Position numbers and translations under genes: made by a program. Below are positions 53,196-64,000 of a DNA stretch of 64,000 nucleotides, one piece after another. The stretch comes from Octopus bimaculoides (taxonomy: Eukaryota). How positions within the stretch are numbered: the first letter of the stretch is position 1; every line of letters starts with the position of its first letter. Below the pieces are notes generated by a model. That model saw only the letters and a program-made list of their open reading frames with translations. It was not told where the DNA came from and made no database searches. The stretch lies in the NCBI RefSeq assembly GCF_001194135.2, contig NC_068992.1, forward strand, positions 47,570,733-47,634,732, in the 5' to 3' direction.

Positions 53196-53234
<39 letters not shown>

Positions 53235-54483
53235 CACTACTCTATCAAAGGACCTATGTTCAAAGTGTGAAATATTTCCATTCCACACAGCAACCAAATG
53301 TACTGAACCTACACATTTTCTTGGTTCTTATAATCACTGCTGCTGATAGTGATTGGTTCCAGTTCCTTGGATTTAGATTTTACTTTTACTAACCAACCAA
53401 CCGACCAACCAACCAACCATCATATAGGTTTTCAAAGGAGCCTTGTTTTTTTTTTGTTTTTTTTTGCTTTTTTCTTACCCAGTATCCTCTATGCTCAACC
53501 ATTATTTTCAACACTGAAAGATTTTATGGGTTTTTTTTTCTTTTTCATGTCCTCTATTCTCTCACTAACACTTTAACACCTCACAGCTTAGATTATATGT
53601 CTGAAATTCCATTGATAATACTTTATACCACTTTGTTCTCCCATATCATAAATGTTTATCTTAAAATGTCTCCAGCTACTTAACAGCAAACACCTTTTAG
53701 CTGTCTGGAATATATTCATATTTTCCCCACTAAGTCTACCTCAAAGAAATCACCGGATAAGTTATCTGTCTCAAAAGAATAAGGCTTCATTCTTTCTTAT
53801 TCTTTTCTGCTTCTAAGTTTCCTTTCTAAATTTAGTTCTAAGTGGAAATATTATGAAAATCTGAACAACTACTAATGATTTATTGGCCAAAAAGTGGCAG
53901 CGAATATAAATATTCTTGAAGAGCTTGTTTATAGTGTTTGTTCTAATGTGAAATTAATCATGCCAAGAAATCGGGGGGGGGGGNNNNNNNNNNNNNNNNN
54001 NNNNNNNNNNNNNNNNNNNNNNNNNNNNNNNNNNNNNNNNNNNNNNNNNNNNNNNNNNNNNNNNNNNNNNNNNNNNNNNNNNNNNNNNNNNNNNNNNNNN
54101 NNNNNNNNNNNNNNNNNNNNNNNNNNNNNNNNNNNNNNNNNNNNNNNNNNNNNNNNNNNNNNNNNNNNNNNNNNNNNNNNNNNNNNNNNNNNNNNNNNNN
54201 NNNNNNNNNNNNNNNNNNNNNNNNNNNNNNNNNNNNNNNNNNNNNNNNNNNNNNNNNNNNNNNNNNNNNNNNNNNNNNNNNNNNNNNNNNNNNNNNNNNN
54301 NNNNNNNNNNNNNNNNNNNNNNNNNNNNNNNNNNNNNNNNNNNNNNNNNNNNNNNNNNNNNNNNNNNNNNNNNNNNNNNNNNNNNNNNNNNNNNNNNNNN
54401 NNNNNNNNNNNNNNNNNNNNNNNNNNNNNNNNNNNNNNNNNNNNNNNNNNNNNNNNNNNNNNNNNNNNNNNNNNNNNNNNNNN

Positions 54484-54528
<45 letters not shown>

Positions 54529-54879
54529 TATAACAAGCAGAGCAAAATATAAAAACAGCAAAATAATTTTTTAACAAAAGTAAAATAAAGCCTTGATAAA
54601 AGAAAACGTTTTTTTTTTTTTAAACTACACAATTTTATGAAACAATAAAGACAGAACAGAAAAACAGACACAAAGAAAGAACCTCCCCCCACCTACAAAC
54701 ACAAACTGAAAAACAAAAGAAGATATTTGTGCAAAAAAAAATCAGTTAATAATTCAATTGTTTCATGAAAAGAAGAAAATATAAAATTAAATACAAACAG
54801 ATATACATAAATGTTATGACATGGTATTCAGAAATGAAGATAATTAATAATAATAATACTAGTAGTAGTAGTAGTAATC

Positions 54880-54933
<54 letters not shown>

Positions 54934-55549
54934 TGAAGAATATTATACTTATAATAATAATAACAATAACGGCTATTAATGGCTTCTAATTTCTTACATA
55001 ATGAAGACTCTTAATGAAAGCAATAAGAACAAGAATAATAATATTAATAATAAGATTAATATAATGAAGATTATTAATAAATAAATAAATGAAAATTTAA
55101 TGATTATATTTACAACAACAACAACAGCAATAATAGTACATGTAATTTCAGAAAGGACAGTGACAATTCCACAATATTCTGCAAAATATAAACTACTCCA
55201 GCAATCAAATTTGAAAAATTGTTTAAATTAGTTAAGAAATGAATAAGTAAAATTCATAAAGTCTGTGTATGCGTGCGTGTGTGTCAGTGTATGTGTGTGT
55301 GTGCGTGCGTGTGTATAATTACTAGCAGACAACAGCAAATGGAAAATAAAACACTTGGCATTTCTGAAATTAAATGAAAGCCATCAAGTTTGAAGGATGT
55401 TATTGTAGCATTTAAGGAAAGATAAGAGAACAATATAAAATAAATTCATATATGTATACACATATATTGTATAGATATTAATGTATGTGCGTATATATAT
55501 ATACATACACATATATTGTATAGATATTAATGTATATGTTTATATATGC

Positions 55550-55591
<42 letters not shown>

Positions 55592-56084
55592 CATACACAT
55601 ATCTACATAAATATATGCATACACATATCTACATAAAAATATGCAAACTTATTTATGTGCATATGTATGTGTGTATGTATGTATATATATATTTATAAAT
55701 ATTTGTACATAGCTACAAACACACAGGTGCATACACACATGAACATATATGAATACATAAAATGTATACCAGCATCATTATCACTTTATATCTGCTTCTC
55801 CAAGACGGCTTGGGTTAAACAAGAATATTCAAAGTAGTTTTTCTAGGCCAGATACCCTCTTTGGTGCCAACCAATTTTTGTTGCCACTTTTGACATGCAG
55901 TGATACAGCATACTATTTCTAAAACACACACACACACACACACTCACATACATGCACACACATATACATGAATTAACAGACTCATATGAATTATCACATG
56001 TACATAAGAAATAACACCAAGTGCACTACTCAGCATTTTTGGAAATAATGTGCATAAACAATGAAGCACTCATGGCCCAAGAGA

Positions 56085-56410
56085 AAACTGCATAAAAGAG
56101 AAATCTGACAGTGTTGTCAAGAGAAAGATGTGTAGGTATGGAGGATATGTAGTGTGTGTAGAGGATGGTGATTGGACAAAGAAATGTCACATGATACATA
56201 TGGAAGGAAGTGGCATAAGAGCTATGTTAAGGAACGTTTGGGAATAAGGGATGTAAAGGGTGATCTCAGGGCACTGGATTTCATGGAGGAGATGATGTAT
56301 GACTGCACAATGATATATGATATTGTGATGGAGAGGACATATCCACCCTGTACACATATACAAAAATGGATGGAAAGTGATGATGATGATAATGATGATG
56401 CAGAGGAATG
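56085..56410 (+). mobile_element. 3' end relic of an RTE-clade LINE with (GAT)n tail
   Basis: VVKRKMCRYGGYVVCVEDGDWTKKCHMIHMEG...NVW / DVKGDLRALDF resembles the RTE C-terminal RW.GHV.RM...W.KK...G...W...V..DL pattern; tail tgatgatgat. Confidence 0.6.
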
Positions 56411-57071
56411 AGATATATGCTTCAAGCGCATGCATATATAATTATATATATATATATATACATAAAGAAGAACACACAGAGGAAGAGAGTAACTGATAGA
56501 TATTGAAGTATATACATATAGATATGTGTGTGTCCATATCTATTTATCTATCTATCTATCTATATACATACATATATATGTATGTGATTGTGTGTACGCA
56601 TGTACACAAACTCATATACACACACACTAGCACAGAAGAAATTTTATTGTAAAGGAATTTACAAAATTATAAAATAGCTGAGATGATAAAGTTTAAAAGC
56701 ATTCACATCACGGGACTACATTTGTATACATTGAATGTAAATGAATGTATTTCGTTCAATAAATATAAAACAACAGAATCCAACTTCCTTTATGTGGATT
56801 GAAACCATATATTTGAATAAACATTACCGCATAAGATGGTATAAAAATCCACATTATCATGATGAAGTACTGAGAAATGGCATGAAGCGTTTCACATCAA
56901 ACTAAATAAGTGTATTTAGGAAGAACATGCAGAAATAAAGATAAAATGTTTCTTCATACTGGGGCATACACAAATTATACTAAGGTTAAATTTGTTAATT
57001 CAACAGAGGGTAAATAAACTGTGCCCCATAAGGTGCTAATATTAACAACAGCGGTAATATTTTCACACTAT

Positions 57072-57285
57072 ACGACATTGAGCTGGCAGAACTGTTAGCA
57101 TGCTGGGAAAAATGCTTAGCAGCATTTCATCTGTCATTATGTTCCGAATTCAAATTCTGCTAAGGTAGACTTTGCCTCTAATCCCTTCGGGGTCAATTAA
57201 CTAAGTACCAGTTGATCCCTGGGATTGATGTAATCAATTTATTCCCTCCCTGAAATTGCTGGCCTTGTGGCAAAATTTGAAACCA
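57072..57285 (+). mobile_element. Family-A SINE
   Basis: gagctggcagaactgttagc...cccttcggggtcaattaactaagtacc...aaattgctggccttgtggcaaaatttgaaacc. Confidence 0.85.
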
Positions 57286-58692
57286 ATATTTTCACAGAAT
57301 TACGCAGTATTGTGAATGACATACTACATTTTACTGCACCACAATGAAAATAGATGCACATTTAACATTTAAATCTACGTCTAGAAAAATTTACCCCATG
57401 CCATAGTCAGGCTAAATCTGCAGTCAATTTCTGCTATTTTATGTTAAATTTACCAATTTAGCCTCTTGTACATTGGTTAGAAGCTGCTTACTATAACTGT
57501 ACTGCATCAACCTCATATATATATATATACCTTGTAAATATAAAATCATGTATTTAAATGTTATGATCGTATTTATTGCATTTTATCCTTACATAAGTGG
57601 TCAACCTTTTGCTTTTGTGGAGTTTTTACAATACAAATTCCAAAAGTATATTGAATGTGAGAAATAATTTTTCTTCTGTGTATTTATATATGCATGTTCT
57701 TCCTATAAATACACACTACCATCCAATGCACTGAGCAGTGCAGGAGAAACTAAAGCTTACACACATTACAAAAAATATACATATATCTAGATAGACAGAA
57801 ACATACACATATATATGAATATAAGCATATATATGTAAACACATAACTATACACACACTCACATATAAATATATATGTATACACATAAGTATATACATAC
57901 ATATATATATTTATATAATTTAATGCCCATGTTCCATAACTACATTCAAACATATATATATATATATAACTAGAAACATACATGAATGCACACTTATATG
58001 CATATACATTCATTGTTTGGACAACCTCAACACAAAATCTAACTAATATTGTACAATATTTTGGTAAACACACTAAATTGATATGCATTTCAGCTTCCAA
58101 AGCCTCTTCAGTAGAGGTCGGTGTCACAGTGATACTACCAGTCAACTGGGTTCAGGCAAGAATTATATTTCAAAGGAAAATTCATAGTCTGGGTATAAAA
58201 GTTGTTATGTTATGCTGTGTATATCATAGAGCTATATATAGTTGTTAGAAGGAAATCAATTGAATGAAAAATGATTTAAAGTTGATGAAATTGTAAGAAA
58301 TGTTTTTCTCATCCTCAAGGCAAAACATTCTAAATCTCATTTTCTGACTTCTTTCTTCTCTTCAGTGACTTGTTTAGGATTAAATCCATTTTATCCAATT
58401 CTAATAAGTTGAGGTAGATAATGGATTGCAGTTTCCACTTGTTATAAACCTTAATTTGTAATAAGAAAATATATTTAATTCTAATGAAAGGAGTGAAAAG
58501 AAGATAGATGTAAGTGTGGAGAGAAACAAAAGCAGACTGTTCTACCTTCAGAATGAAAGAAAAAGTAATTCTAATTTTATCCACATCAAAACCCTTTTGC
58601 TAGCTAATTAATATATTTTTAATTGAAATATTTTGCCATTTTTTTCTATTAATTTTTGAGAATAATAAATAATGACGAATTTAAACAAATAT

Positions 58693-58905
58693 TGATTTCA
58701 AATTTTGGCACAAGGCCAGCAATTCCATGGGATGGGCTAAATCGATTACACAGACCCCAGTGTTCAACTGGTACTTAATTTATCATCTCTGAAAGGATGA
58801 AAGGCAAAGTAAACCTCAGCAGAATTTGAACTCAGAATGTAATGACAGACAAAATATCACCAAGCATTTTACCTGACATGCTAATGTTTCTGCCAGCTTG
58901 CTGTC
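58693..58905 (-). mobile_element. Family-A SINE, inverted relative to 57072-57285
   Basis: gatttcaaattttggcacaaggccagcaatt...gaaaggatgaaaggcaaagt...ttctgccagcttgc. Confidence 0.85.
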
Positions 58906-59219
58906 TTTTTTAATCAAATAATATAATCAGTATTGAATTGGTGTTGGAAATATCTATTAATATGAAAGCTCAATGGAAAGTTTTTAATTTAAGTCAGTTT
59001 AAAATAGTAAGTTTGTACCACAACACCAAAGTGGTCTCAAGTGGATTGGCATCAGAACGGTTAAACTGGTTTTCATCTACATTAGTTCTTCATAACAACT
59101 ATACACAACTTTGTCCATGACATATGCAACACAAGTACCATACACAAGCCATGAAATATTCCTTGACTCAGAACTGCATTACTTAATGTCCCACAGAAAC
59201 GAGAAAAATACTTTTGTGC

Positions 59220-59270
<51 letters not shown>

Positions 59271-59969
59271 CATGGCACACACACATAATTATACAATGGA
59301 CTTCCACACAATTTCTATCTAGTGAGTTGTCTCGAGAGCATGATCATGATAATGATGATGATGATAATGCTGAATAATGAACTGTGTTACCATAGAAGGT
59401 ATTTGCAGAGACAATTCAATTGTGATAAATGTGTAATTTACTTGTAAAATTTACAAATAATAATGCAATATTTTTTCCGTTTTCTGAAGTAAGTTTAATT
59501 AATTCAATTAATTCAACAGTAATTCGATAAATATAAAAACTAGTTTCTAAATGTTTTAATTTTGAATTTATTATACAATTTAAATATTTATAAATATAAA
59601 TCTGTCTTGAACTTATATCAATTATTAAATTTCTTTCTACCATTATTTCCAAAGTGTTAATTAAATTTTTATTACATAAGACTTGAAGTACCTTTTTACA
59701 GATAAATAGCTAAAATTCTCAAAGAACACAATGGAAATAAATGCTGAAGTGATAGTTCTTGCGGAACTTTGAAGTAGAAATACAAATCAGAAAATATGTG
59801 GAACGGTAGAACCTGTAGCATTCTAAAGGAGGAAGTACAACAAATCTTTGATGCAATACCAATCTATTTTCCTTCTTTTACATGAAGAGTGCCATCCATC
59901 TGTTAAATTTGTAACAAATATTTGTTAAATGAAAGAATGAAGCCTGCTAAATTAAAAAGACATTATGAT

Positions 59970-60125
59970 AGGCACTGACCAGTCTGTGTGGTCAAAAGGT
60001 TTTCTTTCCAACAGCATGGTTTCAGATTCAGTCCTAGTTTGTGGCAAGTGTCTCCTACTATAGTCCCTAGCCAACCAAAGACTTGTGAGTGAATTTGATG
60101 GGTGGAAACTGATAGAAGGGCTCTG

Positions 60126-60158
<33 letters not shown>

Positions 60159-60465
60159 ATGCATCTCCCAGTCTTGACTTGTCATAATGGTTGTAAACGT
60201 GAGTCGGTGATACAAACAGTCATTCATTTCCAAGGCACAAGTCTGGGCAAGGTTGTTTAAGGAAGCCCAGCCTCCCCTCCCTACGCCACCAATGTTATCC
60301 GAGGGAAAAGCAAAGGCTGATATAACTTGGCACCAGTGACATTGCATCTCATTTCTATTGTTGAATGAACTGGAACAACATGAACACAACACACAGTCCA
60401 GTCCAGGAATTGAACTCACTACCTCATGATTGTGAGCCTGATGCTCTAACTGCTGAGCCATGTGC
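59970..60465. mobile_element. Family-B SINE (plus, 59970-60235) abutting an oppositely oriented tRNA-head SINE (about 60240-60465)
   Basis: tggcaagtgtctcctactatag...gacttgtgagtgaatttg, (TG)n, start of tail 1; ggaattgaactcactacctcatgattgtgagc...ctgagccatgtgcc. Confidence 0.6.
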
Positions 60466-60817
60466 CTTTACATTTCCAGTATTCTGCAAAAAGATATCTA
60501 ACCATGGTAAAGTACTACTTTGCCTGAGGTGTTTGGGTATAGAGCAGGGAAGACAAAAATATTAATGATGAGGTATCTGGGTGGACCTTTAAGGTGCAAG
60601 GTGAGTAAAAATGATTAGGGCAGCAGGTGGGCAGAGGTTGCAAGAGTCTATGGGAGAGTGAGAGATGGAAAATGGATGAGGTTGTGAATTTAATGAATGA
60701 AGAACAGGTGGTGAGTGGATGCAAAGTGGTGGGGAGGGAAGAGTAGGTGACAACTGTAAAGACTGAATAGAGTTGATAGGTGGATGCAAAAAATGGTTAA
60801 TAAGGAGTAGAGTTGAC

Positions 60818-61419
60818 GGATCTTTTTTAAAACGGGGGCCACATTTTTCCTTAATGTTTTACGTAGTGTTTTTGGTACCGAAAGACTTTCAAACTTCGTA
60901 TACTTATCTATTTTGTGTTATAGAACTGAAAAATATTTTTGTATCCGAATTTATTTCATGTAAAAAATTCTTATTTCGATAATTTCAACCAATCACTGAC
61001 AAGTATTCAGTTGTTTACATTTACTCCTTTGGCTCATTAAGCGATGTAAAGCGTATTTAATCTCCATACCTTCGTTTTATTTGCTTTTTTCATTTTAAAT
61101 TTGCTTTAACCCTAACCTTAACTCTAACCCTAACCCTAACCCTAACCCTAGGGTTAGGGTTAGGATTAGAGTTAGGGTTAGGGTTAGGGTTAATTGTTTC
61201 AGAATCGTTTGTTTATGTAGTCTGCACTTAATGTATATCGGCTGAATGGACGTCAGTGATTGGTTGAAATTACAGAAATACAACAACTTTAACATGGAAT
61301 AATTTATGGATTTCGAAGACTAAGAGAAAAAGATGTTTTATATGACACATTCTACCAGTGTTCCAAGTTTCAAAGTGTTTCGTTAATGAAAAATGTGGCC
61401 CCCGTTTTAAAAAAGATCC
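60818..61419. mobile_element. 602-bp non-autonomous DNA transposon (MITE) with 32-bp perfect TIRs, 8-bp TSD and central telomeric palindrome
   Basis: GAGTTGAC at 60810-60817 and 61420-61427; TIR GGATCTTTTTTAAAACGGGGGCCACATTTTTC; inner 21-bp IR at 60980-61000 and 61252-61272. Confidence 0.9.
61107..61192. repeat. Interstitial (CCCTAA)7-(TTAGGG)7 telomeric palindrome
   Basis: Direct sequence; centre CCCTAGGG at 61146-61153; a few variant hexamers. Confidence 0.92.
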
Positions 61420-62156
61420 GAGTTGACCTATGAAGCATGGTGGGGAAGAGTAACAGATATAGAGGAGATGCAAAAGAAAGATGAGGACAAGTGGTTGGGT
61501 AGGTTGCATGAGTTGAGTTTGGGGGGAATAGAGAGGCAAATGTCATGCATGGGAAGAATGTGAGACGTGGCGATGAAGAAGGTGAGAAGATGGTGGCAAG
61601 AGTTGAGTTGGGGTGGGCAATAGGCTATAGGATTAAAGTGTATCAGGCCTTACGAAAATATGAGTGGCTATCAATGAGATGAGTTTTTAGACTGGTATAC
61701 ACACAAAAATAAAGCAATTTATTACATTTTTGCTTTTTCATCTGAAAAGAACTTAACTCTTTGCAGAATTCTTTTCTGATAAGAGCAGGCTTTGCATACA
61801 TTAAATTTGAGAGCTCAGTTTTTAATTATTTAAAATTATCTCCCATCTTCCTTGAGAGTCACTAATAATTTTCAGCACCTAGATGAACTGTGAAGAAAGA
61901 TGAAGCCAGAGTTGTGGATGTGCATGTGTGTATATTTACTTTTAATTATTATACTTTTAATTTTATCTGTTTTCCAATATAATTTAGTCACTTATTGTCT
62001 GTAATGTAAGCAAACAAAACAAATGATAAAGATTTTCAATTTATCACCCCCTCCTCATTTTTATATAGCTTTGTTTCATTTATAACATCATATTTGGTAA
62101 CATTCTCATATGTGTTTCTACAGCATGAATGGATGAATCCTGCCAATAATAAACAA

Positions 62157-62193
<37 letters not shown>

Positions 62194-62531
62194 GAATAAT
62201 AAATTATTACTATTATTAAAACACATTTGTTGTATTTTCTGGGGCTGGAATACTTTTTTTTGGTTTTGACTTTTTTTTAGATTTTTTGCATTTGGTTTTT
62301 GTAAAAATACTTATAAGAAATTATAAAAATAATTAAAAAAAGGAATAATTAAATTTATAAAATTTATACTATCATCAAATAATATAAACAAAGAAATATA
62401 TGAATGTAAATTCACACACACACATATAAATATTCATATATATATATATATATATATATACTTACATCTACATATATATACATAAATACGTAAATATTTA
62501 CATATACATACATATATACATACATATACAT

Positions 62532-62568
<37 letters not shown>

Positions 62569-63809
62569 NNNNNNNNNNNNNNNNNNNNNNNNNNNNNNNN
62601 NNNNNNNNNNNNNNNNNNNNNNNNNNNNNNNNNNNNNNNNNNNNNNNTAACATGAAATATATTAAAACACATTTTTAAAATTAAAAATAAAATCAAACAG
62701 AAGCATAGACATAAATAGATTTAACATATAATAGAAGAAAATGTTTTAAGCAGTTGGGGTCAATAAAATACATATTGTTTATTATATAATGTGAATCGAA
62801 TATTGTTGTAAACAAGTTTCATCTCCAGAAAGAGGCATGCAACTGCATTAGGACTGAAAAGGGTGTTTTGAGATGTAAAAGCAGAAATGATGTTGCTTGA
62901 TAACAAATGTTCTTTGATTATAGGCTGGAGTATAGTGGCTAAAATATAGATTAACTATTGAAAAGAATTCTGTATTTTCAGTTTACTGTTTCATAGTTGA
63001 CCGGCATTGGAACTGTGACCTATGACTTTTCTGGGGGTTTTTATTAATATTTAAATTTTTTTTTTGTTTGTTTTAGGCAGACCAATTCTTTCTAAAATTA
63101 AATTCTATAAAATATTTGTTCTGTTTCCATGAGGTTAAAGCAAAATCGTTTAAAAGGAAATTTTTGCTACTGTTTCTAGTGAGTTCTGAGAAGGCATTAA
63201 GGTGCCTTGTTGAATAATGTTGGTTCACTTTTAAAACAGATTACAGCAGCAGCAAGAGCAATAGCAGTAGTAGCTGCAGCAATGAAAACAATGGTGGTAG
63301 CAGTAGAGGGTATTGTGGTATTTGTCTTAGAGTGGGAATAGAATTTATACAACACACACACATGTAAATATATACATATATGTATTCATATACATGTGTT
63401 TGTGCATGTACACACACACACACACATATATATAATATACACGCTAAGTAAATGAGGAAAAAGTAAGCAAGCAGAACTCAGAGTCTATAGGTATTCAATA
63501 TTCAATCCACTTCTTCTGCAGAACCAGGATCCCAGCATATTATTACAAAGCTTGCACAATCTATGTTACCCAACAGACATCTATTTCATTCCATTTCTAA
63601 ATCTGCTTAAGAGCTCGTTCATATGTCACCTTGATAAATTTCTCTGAGAAATTCAAGACAAGCATCTATGTCCCACATCTGGGTATATTTCTATATTTAC
63701 TCAAATATTCGATCCTAAATCAAATTAAATAATACTGTTTCGATATTGTAATATTACTTATTTAGTTATGATTCAGTGATCTTTTAACAAGTAGAAACAA
63801 ACATGGCTA

Positions 63810-63948
63810 TGTGGTTGAGCAGCTTGCTCCTTAGCCACATGGTCTTGAGTTCAGAGTGGTACCATGTATGAGTGTGTTCTACTATAGTTCCAAATTAATT
63901 AAAGGCTTGTGAGTGCAAGTGGTACAAAGAAGGTGTTGGAAAGGCATT

Positions 63949-63960
<12 letters not shown>
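63810..63960 (+). mobile_element. Degenerate family-B SINE head/core followed by (TG)n
   Basis: atggctatgtggttgagcagcttgc...ccacatggtcttgagttcag...ctactatag...ggcttgtgagtg. Confidence 0.6.

Positions 63961-64000
<40 letters not shown>

Noticed and set aside
61107-61192. Telomere-telomere fusion scar
   Set aside because: The repeat orientation is the reverse of a fusion, and the array lies inside a TIR/TSD-bounded element.
60560-61640. Purine-rich flanks of the MITE as a CR1/L2 LINE relic
   Set aside because: The strand bias is suggestive, but no recognisable EN or RT motif could be read.

Overview
AT-rich, repeat-dense eukaryotic draft-assembly DNA with 11 N-gaps, mostly flanked by microsatellites. 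The SINE, MITE and microsatellite repertoire resembles Octopus/coleoid cephalopod genomes; this is an inference from pattern recall, not a search. No intact long ORF, identifiable gene, rRNA, tRNA gene or CRISPR array is supported, and nearly all entries in the ORF track are microsatellite or N-gap artefacts. The window is dominated by tRNA-derived SINEs (about 20 copies of one family, often in head-to-tail trains joined by (ATT)n, plus a modular family with interchangeable tails). It also holds decayed retroelements: a Penelope-like RT/GIY-YIG relic with a 5' inversion, an R4/Dong-type endonuclease relic, an internally deleted Tx1-like LINE and an RTE relic. Several MITEs are present. Most notable: a minimal dimer-type hammerhead ribozyme (19917-19962, minus), a nested-palindrome MITE with an 8-bp TSD and central telomeric repeats (60818-61419), a 209-bp hairpin (31820-32028), an (AAT)n-embedded non-autonomous element, and a CpG-retaining island at about 12.0-13.25 kb that may be a promoter. 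A few small candidate exons are listed at low confidence.
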